From Bacteroidaceae bacterium (GTDB taxonomy: Bacteria; Bacteroidota; Bacteroidia; Bacteroidales; Barnesiellaceae_A), in the NCBI GenBank assembly GCA_017531985.1, contig JAFXJY010000036.1:2298-66297 (forward strand): DNA of 64,000 bases. Reading direction: 5' to 3'. This document shows, one piece after another, positions 20,581 to 30,437 of the stretch. Position 1 is the first letter of the stretch; each line of letters starts with the position of its first letter. The position numbers were made by a program, and so were the translations under genes. The notes beneath the pieces were generated by a model. The model worked only from the letters and a program-made list of their open reading frames with translations. It searched no databases and was not told the origin of the DNA.

Positions 20581-22758
20581 ATGAAGAAAATATTAGTAGG
20601 GGTGCTATTGACCTTTGTGACAACATTGTTCAGTGTAGCAACCCCACTCGACTTGCGTGACATCACTGAAAATGTGTATCGCGGTAAAGGAACTGAGGTC
20701 ATTACACCCTCTCACGATGGTGTTCACTACTATGTTGCCAACGATGACATGACCAAGATAGATAAGTGTGAATACAAGTCAGGTAAAGTAGTTGCCACTA
20801 TATTCGATATAGCCACAGCTCGTGAATGCAACATCAAATCGTTCGAGGGATATGCACTCAGCGAAGACGAGACACGCCTGCTCATTTACACCAATAGCGA
20901 GCCTATATATCGTCATTCGTTCCGTGCCGATTATTATACTTTTGAAATAAAACGTAACCTGCTCAAACCTCTATCGACCAATGGTAAGCAACAAGCCGCA
21001 CTCTACTCTCCTAATGGTCGCATGGTGGCATTCGTTCGTGATAACAATATCTATATCAAGAAGCTCGACTACGGAACAGAGATAGCAGTTACAAAGGATG
21101 GAGAAAACAATAAAGTAATTAATGGAGTCCCCGACTGGGTATATGAAGAGGAATTTGGATTCTCATCGGCAATGCAATGGAGTAGCGATAGCGAACTCTT
21201 ATCGTTTATACGCTTTGACGAAGCCGCTGTCAAAGAATTTGCTTTTACTCTCTACGGCTCATATGCTCCCGAATATCCCGATTATGAGTTATATCCCGGT
21301 GAAATGCGATATAAATACCCCGTTGCCGGTGAAGTCAATTCGCAAGTAAAAGTCGTGACATATACAGTAGAGACTCGTGCCTTGAAGCAACACAACATAC
21401 CGGTAGAAGCCGATGGTTACATACCTCGCATATTTGCCATGCCCGAAGCCGATCAATTGGCGGTAGTAACACTTAATCGTAATCAGAACCACATTTCGTT
21501 ATACAAGCTCAATGCACGCTCGGGTGTAAGTCGCCTCTTACTCGAAGACGAAGACCGTGCATGGATTGACCAATCGGTACTCGATATGATACACTTCTAT
21601 CCCGAATTTTTCGTGTTTGCCAGCGATCGAGACGGATGGATGCGACTCTATCAATACAACAACAATGGAGTGTTACAGCGTGCTATCTCGCCCGAGAATC
21701 AAGATGTAACAGCATACTTGGGATGCAATCTTTCCACTCGTACATTCTACTGTCAAGCCACATCAGGAGCTATCAATCGTGCCATCTATCGCTACGACAA
21801 TAAGAAAGGTTGCGTCAATATGACTCCCACAGAAGGATTCCATTCGGCATTGTTCAATCCTACTTGCAGTTACTATATACATGGATATAGTTCAGCAACA
21901 ATTCCTCCTGTATATACATTGCGTACAGCCGATGGTAAGGAAATCCGCACCATTGAGGACAATCAAGAAGTAGTAGATGCCGTTGCTGCAACCGACATGC
22001 CTGCACGCGAATTTTTCACTATGGATAATGGTTGTGGCTATATGCTCAACGGATTCATGGTGAAGCCTCACGATTTTGATAACCAGAAGCAATATCCTGC
22101 TGTACTCGTACAGTATAGCGGACCCGGTTCACAAGAAGTACTTAACAATTGGGAAGTGGATTGGTATCACTACTTAGCCAACCAAGGTTTCATAGTATTG
22201 TGTGTTGACGGACGTGGTACAGGTGGACGAGGTAAGGAATTTGAAAGTATTGTATATCAGAACTTAGGTCGATATGAGACCGAAGATCAAGTAGCCGTTG
22301 CTCGTTATGCAGCAACACTTCCCTATGTCGATGGCGATAACATAGGTATATGGGGATGGAGTTTTGGTGGCTACGAGACACTCATGGCTATGACCACCGG
22401 TCGTGGAACATTCCGTGCCGGTGTAGCCATTGCACCGGTCACCGATTGGCGTTACTATGACACAATATATGCCGAGAGATATATGCGTACACCCAATGAA
22501 AATCCCGAAGGATATAAATATGGTGCCCCGCTCAATCATGCCGATAAATTGCAAGGCGATCTTCTTATCGTGACAGGCAGTGCCGATGATAACGTACACA
22601 TGAGTAACACAATGGAGATGGTATCGGCTCTGATCGAAGCCGATAAGCAGTTCGATATGATGATTTATCCCAATCAGAATCATAGCATCCGAGGTGCTAA
22701 TTCACGTTACCATATATACACTCTTGTGTGCAACTTCTATAAAGAGAAACTCCAATAA
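20581..22758 (+). CDS. Dipeptidyl peptidase IV (S9B serine peptidase)
   Basis: Signal peptide, DPP-IV N-terminal propeller-type sequence (VPDWVYEEEF), nucleophile motif GWSFGGY, and later D and H. Confidence 0.9.
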   Translation: MKKILVGVLLTFVTTLFSVATPLDLRDITENVYRGKGTEVITPSHDGVHYYVANDDMTKIDKCEYKSGKVVATIFDIATARECNIKSFEGYALSEDETRLLIYTNSEPIYRHSFRADYYTFEIKRNLLKPLSTNGKQQAALYSPNGRMVAFVRDNNIYIKKLDYGTEIAVTKDGENNKVINGVPDWVYEEEFGFSSAMQWSSDSELLSFIRFDEAAVKEFAFTLYGSYAPEYPDYELYPGEMRYKYPVAGEVNSQVKVVTYTVETRALKQHNIPVEADGYIPRIFAMPEADQLAVVTLNRNQNHISLYKLNARSGVSRLLLEDEDRAWIDQSVLDMIHFYPEFFVFASDRDGWMRLYQYNNNGVLQRAISPENQDVTAYLGCNLSTRTFYCQATSGAINRAIYRYDNKKGCVNMTPTEGFHSALFNPTCSYYIHGYSSATIPPVYTLRTADGKEIRTIEDNQEVVDAVAATDMPAREFFTMDNGCGYMLNGFMVKPHDFDNQKQYPAVLVQYSGPGSQEVLNNWEVDWYHYLANQGFIVLCVDGRGTGGRGKEFESIVYQNLGRYETEDQVAVARYAATLPYVDGDNIGIWGWSFGGYETLMAMTTGRGTFRAGVAIAPVTDWRYYDTIYAERYMRTPNENPEGYKYGAPLNHADKLQGDLLIVTGSADDNVHMSNTMEMVSALIEADKQFDMMIYPNQNHSIRGANSRYHIYTLVCNFYKEKLQ

Positions 22759-22774
22759 GAGATCACCTTACGTT

Positions 22775-23701
22775 ATGCTCGACCTCATAGCAATCATAGG
22801 TCCTACGGCCTCGGGTAAAACAACACTTGCCGTAGCATTAGCCAAGAGAATCGGTACTGAAATTATCAGTGCCGATTCTCGACAGTTATATAGGGGCATG
22901 GATATAGGGACAGGAAAAGACATCGATGAATACACTATCGATGGTGTTACCATCCCCTATCACCTTATCGACATCTGTCCTGCCGGTTACCGATATAATC
23001 TCTTTGAATATGTAAGAGACTTCAACAATGTCTATGCCGATATGCTATCGCGTGGCAAGCAACCCTTATTGTGTGGTGGTACCGGCTTGTATGTCGAAAC
23101 CATACTCAAAGGCTATGCACTTCCTCCTGTTCCCGAAAACAGCTCATTGCGGCAATCATTGCAAGATAAGACGCTCGATGAATTGGCCGATATATTGCGA
23201 ACATACAAGACTCTGCATAATACTACCGATATAGATACCTGCAAGAGAGCCATTCGAGCCATTGAAATAGCCGAATATTATAGTAAACAGTCGCCTGAAC
23301 TACTGGAACCTCGTCCTTTGAAAAATACACTTATCGTAGGTGTTGACATTGACCGAGAGTTGCGGCGAGCCAAGATTACTCGTCGACTGCATGAACGCTT
23401 ACAAGAAGGAATGGTCGATGAAGTCAAAGCATTGCTCGACTCAGGTATTGCACCCGAGTCGTTGATATACTACGGCCTCGAGTATAAGTTCCTTACTGAG
23501 TATGTCATAGGTCATATCTCTTACGACGATATGGTGGAACGACTTGAAATAGCAATTCACCAGTTTGCCAAAAGACAGATGACATGGTTTAGAGGCATGG
23601 AACGTCGTGGACACACTATTCGATGGATTGATGCAACTATACCCACCGATGAAAAAGTGGATATTATTGAACACTGGATTTCTCAACAATCATACAAATA
23701 G
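22775..23701 (+). CDS. miaA: tRNA dimethylallyltransferase
   Basis: GPTASGKT P-loop and ISADSRQLYRGMDIGTGK. The start is moved to the ATG at 22775. Confidence 0.9.
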   Translation: MLDLIAIIGPTASGKTTLAVALAKRIGTEIISADSRQLYRGMDIGTGKDIDEYTIDGVTIPYHLIDICPAGYRYNLFEYVRDFNNVYADMLSRGKQPLLCGGTGLYVETILKGYALPPVPENSSLRQSLQDKTLDELADILRTYKTLHNTTDIDTCKRAIRAIEIAEYYSKQSPELLEPRPLKNTLIVGVDIDRELRRAKITRRLHERLQEGMVDEVKALLDSGIAPESLIYYGLEYKFLTEYVIGHISYDDMVERLEIAIHQFAKRQMTWFRGMERRGHTIRWIDATIPTDEKVDIIEHWISQQSYK

Positions 23702-23726
23702 TCACCCCTCCAAATATAATATAAGA

Positions 23727-25361
23727 ATGATTTCAGTAGATGGACTTACCGTCGAATTTGGCGGTACTACCCTATTTCAAGATATATCCTTTGTAATCAA
23801 TGAAAAAGACCGTATCGCTCTCATGGGTAAAAATGGAGCCGGAAAATCGACATTGCTTAAAATACTTGCCGGTGTGCGACAACCTACACGAGGCAGTGTT
23901 TCGGCTCCTAAGGATACGGTAATAGCATATTTGCCACAACATCTGATGACCGAAAACAGTCGTACCGTTTTCGAGGAGACTTCGCAAGCTTTCGCACACT
24001 TGTTTGAGATGGAAGCCGAAATCAATCGCATGAATGAAGAGTTGTCTACTCGCACCGATTACGATAGTGAAAGCTACTATGCTCTTATTGAGCAAGTATC
24101 GGCATTGAGCGAAAAGTTTTATGCTATTGACCTTACACACTTTGAAGAAGATGTGGAGAAAATCTTGTTGGGATTGGGTTTTGAACGCAAGGACTTCACA
24201 CGACCCACCGAAGAGTTTAGTGGCGGATGGCGTATGCGAATAGAATTGGCAAAACTCTTGCTTAAAAAACCCGATGTGTTACTGCTCGACGAGCCAACCA
24301 ATCACCTCGATATTGAGTCAATACAGTGGCTCGAAGAGTTCCTTATCAATAATGGACAAGCAGTAATCGTAATATCGCACGACCGTGCTTTTGTCGATCA
24401 CATTACAACTCGTACCATTGAAGTTACTATGGGGCGTATATACGATTACAAAGTCAACTATTCGCAATATCTTGAATTGCGGAAAGAGCGTCGTGAACAG
24501 CAAATGAAAGCGTACAACGACCAGCAAAAAATGATTGCCGAGACCAAGGAATTTATTGAACGATTTAAGGGAACTTACTCCAAGACTTTACAAGTGCAGT
24601 CGCGTGTAAAGATGCTCGAAAAACTCGAAATTATTGAGGTCGACGAAGAGGATACATCGGCATTGCGTCTGCGTTTCCCACCTGCACCCCGCTCAGGTAG
24701 TTATCCCGTTATTGCCGATAATGTGGGTAAAGCATATGATAATAAACGTGTATTTGCAAATGCCAACTTTACTATCGAACGTGGTGAGAAAGTGGCCTTT
24801 GTAGGCAAGAATGGTGAAGGAAAATCGACTCTTGTCAAGTGTATCATGGGTGAAATTGAGCATGAAGGAACGCTTACGCTTGGTCACAACGTGATGATAG
24901 GATACTTTGCACAGAACCAAGCCTCTTTGCTGGATGAAAACTTGACTGTTTTCCAGACTATCGATGATGTTGCCAAGGGGGATGTAAGGTTGCAGATTCG
25001 CGATTTGTTAGGTGCATTTATGTTTGGAGGTGAAGAGTCAACCAAGAAGGTCAAGGTGTTATCGGGTGGCGAACGCACTCGGTTGGCTATGATTAAACTC
25101 TTGCTCGAACCTGTTAACTTACTTATACTCGATGAGCCGACCAATCACCTCGATATGAAAACCAAGGATATATTGAAAAGTGCTTTGCAGGCCTTCGATG
25201 GCACACTTATAGTCGTATCGCACGATCGTGATTTCCTCGACGGATTAGTGTCAAAGGTATATGAATTTGGCGAAGGTCGTGTGAGAGAACATCTTGGTGG
25301 CGTATATGACTTCCTTGAAAAGAAGAGAATAGAGAATCTTAACGAGCTGGAACGTAAATAA
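23727..25361 (+). CDS. ABC-F family ATPase (two ABC cassettes, no TM domain)
   Basis: Walker A motifs GKNGAGKST and GKNGEGKST, signature motifs LSGGWRMR and LSGGERTR. The start is moved to MISVDGL. Confidence 0.9.
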   Translation: MISVDGLTVEFGGTTLFQDISFVINEKDRIALMGKNGAGKSTLLKILAGVRQPTRGSVSAPKDTVIAYLPQHLMTENSRTVFEETSQAFAHLFEMEAEINRMNEELSTRTDYDSESYYALIEQVSALSEKFYAIDLTHFEEDVEKILLGLGFERKDFTRPTEEFSGGWRMRIELAKLLLKKPDVLLLDEPTNHLDIESIQWLEEFLINNGQAVIVISHDRAFVDHITTRTIEVTMGRIYDYKVNYSQYLELRKERREQQMKAYNDQQKMIAETKEFIERFKGTYSKTLQVQSRVKMLEKLEIIEVDEEDTSALRLRFPPAPRSGSYPVIADNVGKAYDNKRVFANANFTIERGEKVAFVGKNGEGKSTLVKCIMGEIEHEGTLTLGHNVMIGYFAQNQASLLDENLTVFQTIDDVAKGDVRLQIRDLLGAFMFGGEESTKKVKVLSGGERTRLAMIKLLLEPVNLLILDEPTNHLDMKTKDILKSALQAFDGTLIVVSHDRDFLDGLVSKVYEFGEGRVREHLGGVYDFLEKKRIENLNELERK

Positions 25362-25369
25362 AAGTTTTT

Positions 25370-25843
25370 ATGAAGAAAATATATCTATCCTTGATTTTAA
25401 TTTCGTTTCTTGCTATTATTGTAGCATGTAATGAAGAACCATATAATGATGAAAAAACTGTTAATTTGCAGTATCTCCCCAATAGCTGGTCGCTGGTAAA
25501 GTATGAAATATCCACTCCAAGTGGTAGCGGTACAATAGTAACTACTACTCAACTTGATGGGGCAGTGCACTTTGTATTCAATGGAGATAACACTATGTCA
25601 ATAACGGATCATGATGTAGTACAAGCCAATGGCATATATAACCTTTATGAAGCTGATAATACCTTGGAACTTGTGGAATATACATTTGTCGATGGTGTTG
25701 AGCCGGAAGGAATAGCTTCCCTACTCCTTCCTATTGTTGTCGATAACCGATTGCTGATAGAAGAACTTACCTCCGAAGTATTAACTGTATCTATGCCATA
25801 TAGCAGCGATACGCGTTTTATAGCCTATTTTATTCGTAAGTAG
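25370..25843 (+). CDS. Putative lipoprotein
   Basis: Signal peptide plus lipobox: LAIIVACNEE. Confidence 0.55.
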   Translation: MKKIYLSLILISFLAIIVACNEEPYNDEKTVNLQYLPNSWSLVKYEISTPSGSGTIVTTTQLDGAVHFVFNGDNTMSITDHDVVQANGIYNLYEADNTLELVEYTFVDGVEPEGIASLLLPIVVDNRLLIEELTSEVLTVSMPYSSDTRFIAYFIRK

Positions 25844-25852
25844 CAACAAAAA

Positions 25853-26326
25853 ATGAAAATACAATTTATAGTAGTAGGAAAAACGGCTCAAAGTTACCTT
25901 GTAGATAGTATAGCCGACTATACTACACGCTTGCGTCGCTATATAACGTTCGATATGGAAGTGATACCCGAGTTGAAAAATACTCGCAATCTCACTACCG
26001 AACAGCAGAAGGAGCGTGAGGGTGAAGCTATATTAAAGGTACTGCAACCTGGCGACTTTGTTGTATTGTTGGATGAACATGGACAAGAATTGACATCGGT
26101 GCAATTTGCTCGTTACATCGAACAGAAGATGCAGACCGTTTCACGACGATTGGTATTTATTGTAGGAGGACCGTATGGTTTTGCCAAGTCGGTATATGAT
26201 CGTTGTAACGATAAGTTATCATTATCCAAAATGACCTTTTCGCACCAGATGGTACGCCTCTTTTTTACCGAGCAGTTGTACCGGGCAATGACAATATTGA
26301 ACAACGAACCTTATCATCACGAATAA
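25853..26326 (+). CDS. rlmH: 23S rRNA (pseudouridine1915-N3)-methyltransferase
   Basis: 157-aa SPOUT protein with MKIQFIVVGKT and a C-terminal EPYHHE-type end. Confidence 0.9.
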   Translation: MKIQFIVVGKTAQSYLVDSIADYTTRLRRYITFDMEVIPELKNTRNLTTEQQKEREGEAILKVLQPGDFVVLLDEHGQELTSVQFARYIEQKMQTVSRRLVFIVGGPYGFAKSVYDRCNDKLSLSKMTFSHQMVRLFFTEQLYRAMTILNNEPYHHE

Positions 26327-26345
26327 ATAAAACACATTCACAACT

Positions 26346-27044
26346 ATGAAAAAAACAACACTTACATTACTCATGTTACTAACTTGTGTCCTGTGGGGAC
26401 ACGCTTCTGAGATTTCCGAGACCCCAACAGATATTGCTGAGTCTACTCCCCAATACGCCTATCACATAGGAACAATGTGGGATATATCAGTGGGAAAAGA
26501 CTGGGGATTTGTGCGTACAACTTTGCAACAAAGCGTATTTACCATTGATACCGAGATGGAACGTGCCATGAGCATTCTGAGTCTTGATTTCCCGGTCATA
26601 AAGCGGTACCTGCATGTCAATGCTTTGGGATTTTATCTATATTATCGAATGGGACCGGGCGACTATCGCAATCTGTTACGTTATCATGCCGGATTGAGTG
26701 GTACTGTGCCAACGAGATATATAAATTTCACTTGGGCTGAACGTTTTGAGTCAACTTATGTATTAGGAACAGCAGTACCAACCAATAAATTGCGTACTCG
26801 TGTGCGTCTTGTCGGGAATATTCCTGACTCCAAGTTTCAACCATTCATAGGAAGTGAGTTTTTCCTTGTACTTAACAAAGTCAATGCCGGACGTGGTGAA
26901 CGTTTGTGGTATGACATAGGTGTTACCTATAACATCGATAAGAACAACAAAGTGGAGCTGCTTCTGCGAGAAGAACAACTCATGCTTACCACTCCTCGAC
27001 AATGGAATACCAACATAGGATTTGCCTATAAAATTAATTTTTAA
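26346..27044 (+). CDS. Putative outer-membrane protein (DUF2490-like, family assigned from memory)
   Basis: Signal peptide, beta-rich sequence, C-terminal FAYKINF. Confidence 0.5.
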   Translation: MKKTTLTLLMLLTCVLWGHASEISETPTDIAESTPQYAYHIGTMWDISVGKDWGFVRTTLQQSVFTIDTEMERAMSILSLDFPVIKRYLHVNALGFYLYYRMGPGDYRNLLRYHAGLSGTVPTRYINFTWAERFESTYVLGTAVPTNKLRTRVRLVGNIPDSKFQPFIGSEFFLVLNKVNAGRGERLWYDIGVTYNIDKNNKVELLLREEQLMLTTPRQWNTNIGFAYKINF

Positions 27045-27050
27045 AAGAAA

Positions 27051-27090
27051 GCACCACTCTCATGTAAGTATGGAAGTGGTGCTTTTTCTT
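27051..27090. terminator. Hairpin terminator between convergent genes
   Basis: Stem gcaccact/agtggtgc followed by TTTTT. Confidence 0.75.
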
Positions 27091-27122
27091 TGTGAGAATG
27101 TTCTTGATATGAAAGAACTATA

Positions 27123-28529
27123 TCATATCTCCCTACCCTGTTTCAAGTCCTCAACAAATCGATCTATACGTTGCATCTGCTGAGGAATGTTGATGCCTTG
27201 TGGACAATGGTGGCTACATTGATTACAACCTATACAATGGTTGGCTTGACGTAGACGAGGTACACTGCGATCATAACCAACCAAGAAGGCACGACGTGCC
27301 TTCTCATAGTTCTCATCTTGCAGTCCCGATGGCACATTACCTTCGTTGATACACTTGTTGTAGTGTCTAAATATACCGGGTATGTCTATTCCATAAGGAC
27401 AAGGCATACAATACTGGCAACCGGTGCAGGATATAGAGGGATAACGCAACATGTCTTGGGCTGTTTTTTCCAACAATTCAAGTTCTTCGTTACTACAAGG
27501 TTCGAGTGGTGAGAAGGTGCGTATGTTGTCTTGTAAATGCTCCATGTAAGTCATTCCACTCAATACGGTAAGAACTCCCTCGGGAGTGCCGGCAAAGCGG
27601 AATGCCCATGAAGCGATACTTGCCGTGGGACGATTCTCTTTAAGACGTGCCATCAGATGCTGAGTGTGACTGGCTAAGCGTCCACCCAACAACGGCTCCA
27701 TAATCACTGCCGGTATACCACGTTTCTGCAATTCTCCGTAGAGATACTCGGCATTCGTGTTGCGTGTATTTACCTCCTTGGCATGCAGCCAATCGACGTA
27801 ATTGAGTTGAATCTGTACAAAATCCCATTTATATCGATCGTGGTGTGACAATAGATAATCAAAAACTTCTACATCACCGTGATATGAAAAGCCCAAATGT
27901 CGTATGCGACCGGCTTGACGTTCTTGCAACAAAAAGTCGAGTACTCCATTGTCGAGATAGCGACCATGCAATGCTTGCATGCCCCCCATACCCACTCCAT
28001 GCAACAATAAATAGTCGATATAATCAACTTGCAGTTCTCTGAACGACTTGTGATACATGGCCAATGATGCCTCACGGCTCCAAGTGTCGGGTGAGAAATT
28101 CGATAATTTTGTTGCTATATAATATTGATTGCGAGGATGACGTTTCAGTGCTATACCGGTAGCTCGCTCTGATTCTCCTTTGCAGTAGGCTGGTGATGTG
28201 TCAAAGTAGTTAATGCCATGTTCTAAGGCATAATCGACTAATGAATTAATAGTCTCTTGATCCAATTCACCCTTCTTCTCACCATCGGGATAGGTAGGCC
28301 AACGCATACATCCGTAGCCAAGTAATGATACACTATCGCCCGATGTCGGGGTGCGACGGTAAGTCATTTGTCCGGATGGAACATCCTCTTTATATATGCC
28401 CTCAGGTGTGATTTTTACTCTTTTTCGTTCCTTACATCCCATCAAGGCTGTGGATACAATAGCTCCTGCACCTATGGTCTGCAAGAACTTGCGACGATCA
28501 ATATTGTGTTGTAACTTATCTTTTTTCAT
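27123..28529 (-). CDS. Aldo/keto reductase with a C-terminal Fe-S domain, a Tat signal and a lipobox
   Basis: N-terminus DRRKFLQTIGAGAIVSTALMGC. AKR core (YFDTSPAY..., LLHG). Cys motifs CTGCQYCMPCP and CIGCNQCSHHCP. Confidence 0.8.
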   Translation of the reverse strand: MKKDKLQHNIDRRKFLQTIGAGAIVSTALMGCKERKRVKITPEGIYKEDVPSGQMTYRRTPTSGDSVSLLGYGCMRWPTYPDGEKKGELDQETINSLVDYALEHGINYFDTSPAYCKGESERATGIALKRHPRNQYYIATKLSNFSPDTWSREASLAMYHKSFRELQVDYIDYLLLHGVGMGGMQALHGRYLDNGVLDFLLQERQAGRIRHLGFSYHGDVEVFDYLLSHHDRYKWDFVQIQLNYVDWLHAKEVNTRNTNAEYLYGELQKRGIPAVIMEPLLGGRLASHTQHLMARLKENRPTASIASWAFRFAGTPEGVLTVLSGMTYMEHLQDNIRTFSPLEPCSNEELELLEKTAQDMLRYPSISCTGCQYCMPCPYGIDIPGIFRHYNKCINEGNVPSGLQDENYEKARRAFLVGYDRSVPRLRQANHCIGCNQCSHHCPQGINIPQQMQRIDRFVEDLKQGREI

Positions 28530-28543
28530 ATCTACATAGAGGG

Positions 28544-30019
28544 TTAGATGGTTCGATGATTGAGGTGACCCTCAACATAAATGGCACTGAATGGTCGAGC
28601 CGGGCAAAGGTTTTCACAAGCCCCGCAGCCTATACAACGTTCGGTATCGATAGCCGGGATGAGTGGTGCCTGAGGATTGTTGCTATCAGAACTTATCATC
28701 TGAATAGCAGCCGATGGACAGTGTCTTGCACAGTTGTCACATGCAACACCATCAGTTAACGTTACACAATTTTCTTTTATCCACACAGCATGACCTACTT
28801 GTATGGCCGACTTATCTTCTGTTGTAATAGGTTTGATAGCACCGGTTGGACACACTTGGCTACATTTGACACATTCAGGTCGACAATATCCACGTTCGTA
28901 TGATGCTTCGGGCTGTAAGAGTGTTGCAAGTTGTTGTGAGGGGCGTAGGACTCCGTTAGGACAAGCCGACACACATAATTGACAAGCAATACAGTGCTGC
29001 TCGTAGTTTCTTATACTCATGGCTCCAGGAGGGACTATTCGAGTAGTACGAGTGGGTATTTTTTTCTCTTCAATAATAGCCAATCCACCATCAACCTTGC
29101 CTTGTGCATTGACCAATGGTGTTGTGGCAATCAGAGCTGATACAGTAAGAAAATCGCGACGTTGAGTATCGGTTTTCACATCCTCTACTACCCTATTTTT
29201 ATGACGTCTCATCTTATAAGTAATAGCTCCTTGTCGGCAATTGTCGATGCAATCCATGCACGCAACACACCTTGAATAATCGATCGTGTGACTGTCGATA
29301 TCGATACAAGAGGCTTTACAGTTACGTTCACATCGTCTGCAACCATTACATTTATCAGTGTTGATAGTGGGTCGCAATAGTGAGAATCGAGCCACAAAAC
29401 CTAAGAGACTACCCACCGGACATATGGTGTTACAATAGGTTCGTCCATTACGCCAAGCCAATACGGCAAGTATGGCAAATGTTGCAACTGACAAGAGTAG
29501 TGAGAAAATACTCTTTATCCACACATCGGTTGTGTAGAATGCATAACTCTCGGCTCGTTCGGCACCGTATGCCAATACATTATTTATTACATTATATAAG
29601 GGTGAAAACAAGTTGTTAACCATGCGACCATATGTGCTATAAGGTGCAAGCAGGGCTATAACTTGTCCTATTCCGGCTATCATAGCAATGATAAACAGTG
29701 CAAGCAATGTATATCGCAAGTAATTCTTCGCCGGCGAATATTTATATCTGTTTTTTTTAACTTTACGACCACTCCAAGCCCATATATCCTGAAAGATTCC
29801 CAATGGGCATATAATCGAGCAGTATAGTCGACCGAATATCAATGTAAGCAGCAGTAAAAATGTGATGACTGCAACATTCATTGATAATATGGCCGGTAGT
29901 AATTGTACTTTTGCCATCCATCCTAACCAAGCGTGAGTAACACCGGTAAAGTCAAGGAACAATATTGTAATGCCCACTAAAAATAAGGTGGCAAAGAAGA
30001 TTCTTATCTTGCGTAACAT
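28544..30019 (-). CDS. Membrane polyferredoxin, NapH-like N-terminal half fused to a NapG-like multi-[4Fe-4S] half
   Basis: TM helices with CSIICPLG and CNTICPVG (CX3CP). Six CxxCxxCxxxC(P)-type motifs. Internal RRDFLTVSALIA segment. Confidence 0.75.
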   Translation of the reverse strand: MLRKIRIFFATLFLVGITILFLDFTGVTHAWLGWMAKVQLLPAILSMNVAVITFLLLLTLIFGRLYCSIICPLGIFQDIWAWSGRKVKKNRYKYSPAKNYLRYTLLALFIIAMIAGIGQVIALLAPYSTYGRMVNNLFSPLYNVINNVLAYGAERAESYAFYTTDVWIKSIFSLLLSVATFAILAVLAWRNGRTYCNTICPVGSLLGFVARFSLLRPTINTDKCNGCRRCERNCKASCIDIDSHTIDYSRCVACMDCIDNCRQGAITYKMRRHKNRVVEDVKTDTQRRDFLTVSALIATTPLVNAQGKVDGGLAIIEEKKIPTRTTRIVPPGAMSIRNYEQHCIACQLCVSACPNGVLRPSQQLATLLQPEASYERGYCRPECVKCSQVCPTGAIKPITTEDKSAIQVGHAVWIKENCVTLTDGVACDNCARHCPSAAIQMISSDSNNPQAPLIPAIDTERCIGCGACENLCPARPFSAIYVEGHLNHRTI

Positions 30020-30112
30020 AATTGATTGTTATTTCGTTTAAAATTCTATGCTGACAGCATGATACAGTGAATGGGTAAATAAGAACATTGTTCATGCTAT
30101 TGTACATGAGTA

Positions 30113-30120
30113 CAAATATA
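30113..30120 (-). promoter_or_regulatory. -7 box TAtaTTTG for the polyferredoxin/AKR operon
   Basis: The reverse complement of caaatata matches TAnnTTTG, about 95 nt upstream of the ATG at 30019. Confidence 0.45.
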
Positions 30121-30437
30121 CAAACAATATTGATAGAGATTTTTTATAAATAACATGTTTGATAACATAAAAAAAATTCTCTAAAAAAGATGCAACGTTA
30201 CATGGTGTAGTTGATGTAAAAAATGTTTTTGATAACTTTTTATTCCTGTCAAAATTGCAAATACTTAATAAACAGTCAATTATTGAAAAAAAAGAAAAAC
30301 TTTATCAGATGTGTTGAAAAAATATTTGCCGAAAATGTGTGAAACATCAAATATTTTGCTTAAACTTGCACTGCAATTTGGAAGAATCCCCATTCTTACT
30401 ACAACACACATTTATTAACTATTTATATTTACTGATA

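Noticed and set aside
30020-30437. Looked for a cobalamin riboswitch upstream of the B12-dependent nrdJ
   Set aside because: I could find no B12 box (GCCACTG-like) or conserved cobalamin aptamer blocks by eye. The region is simply AT-rich spacer with divergent promoters.
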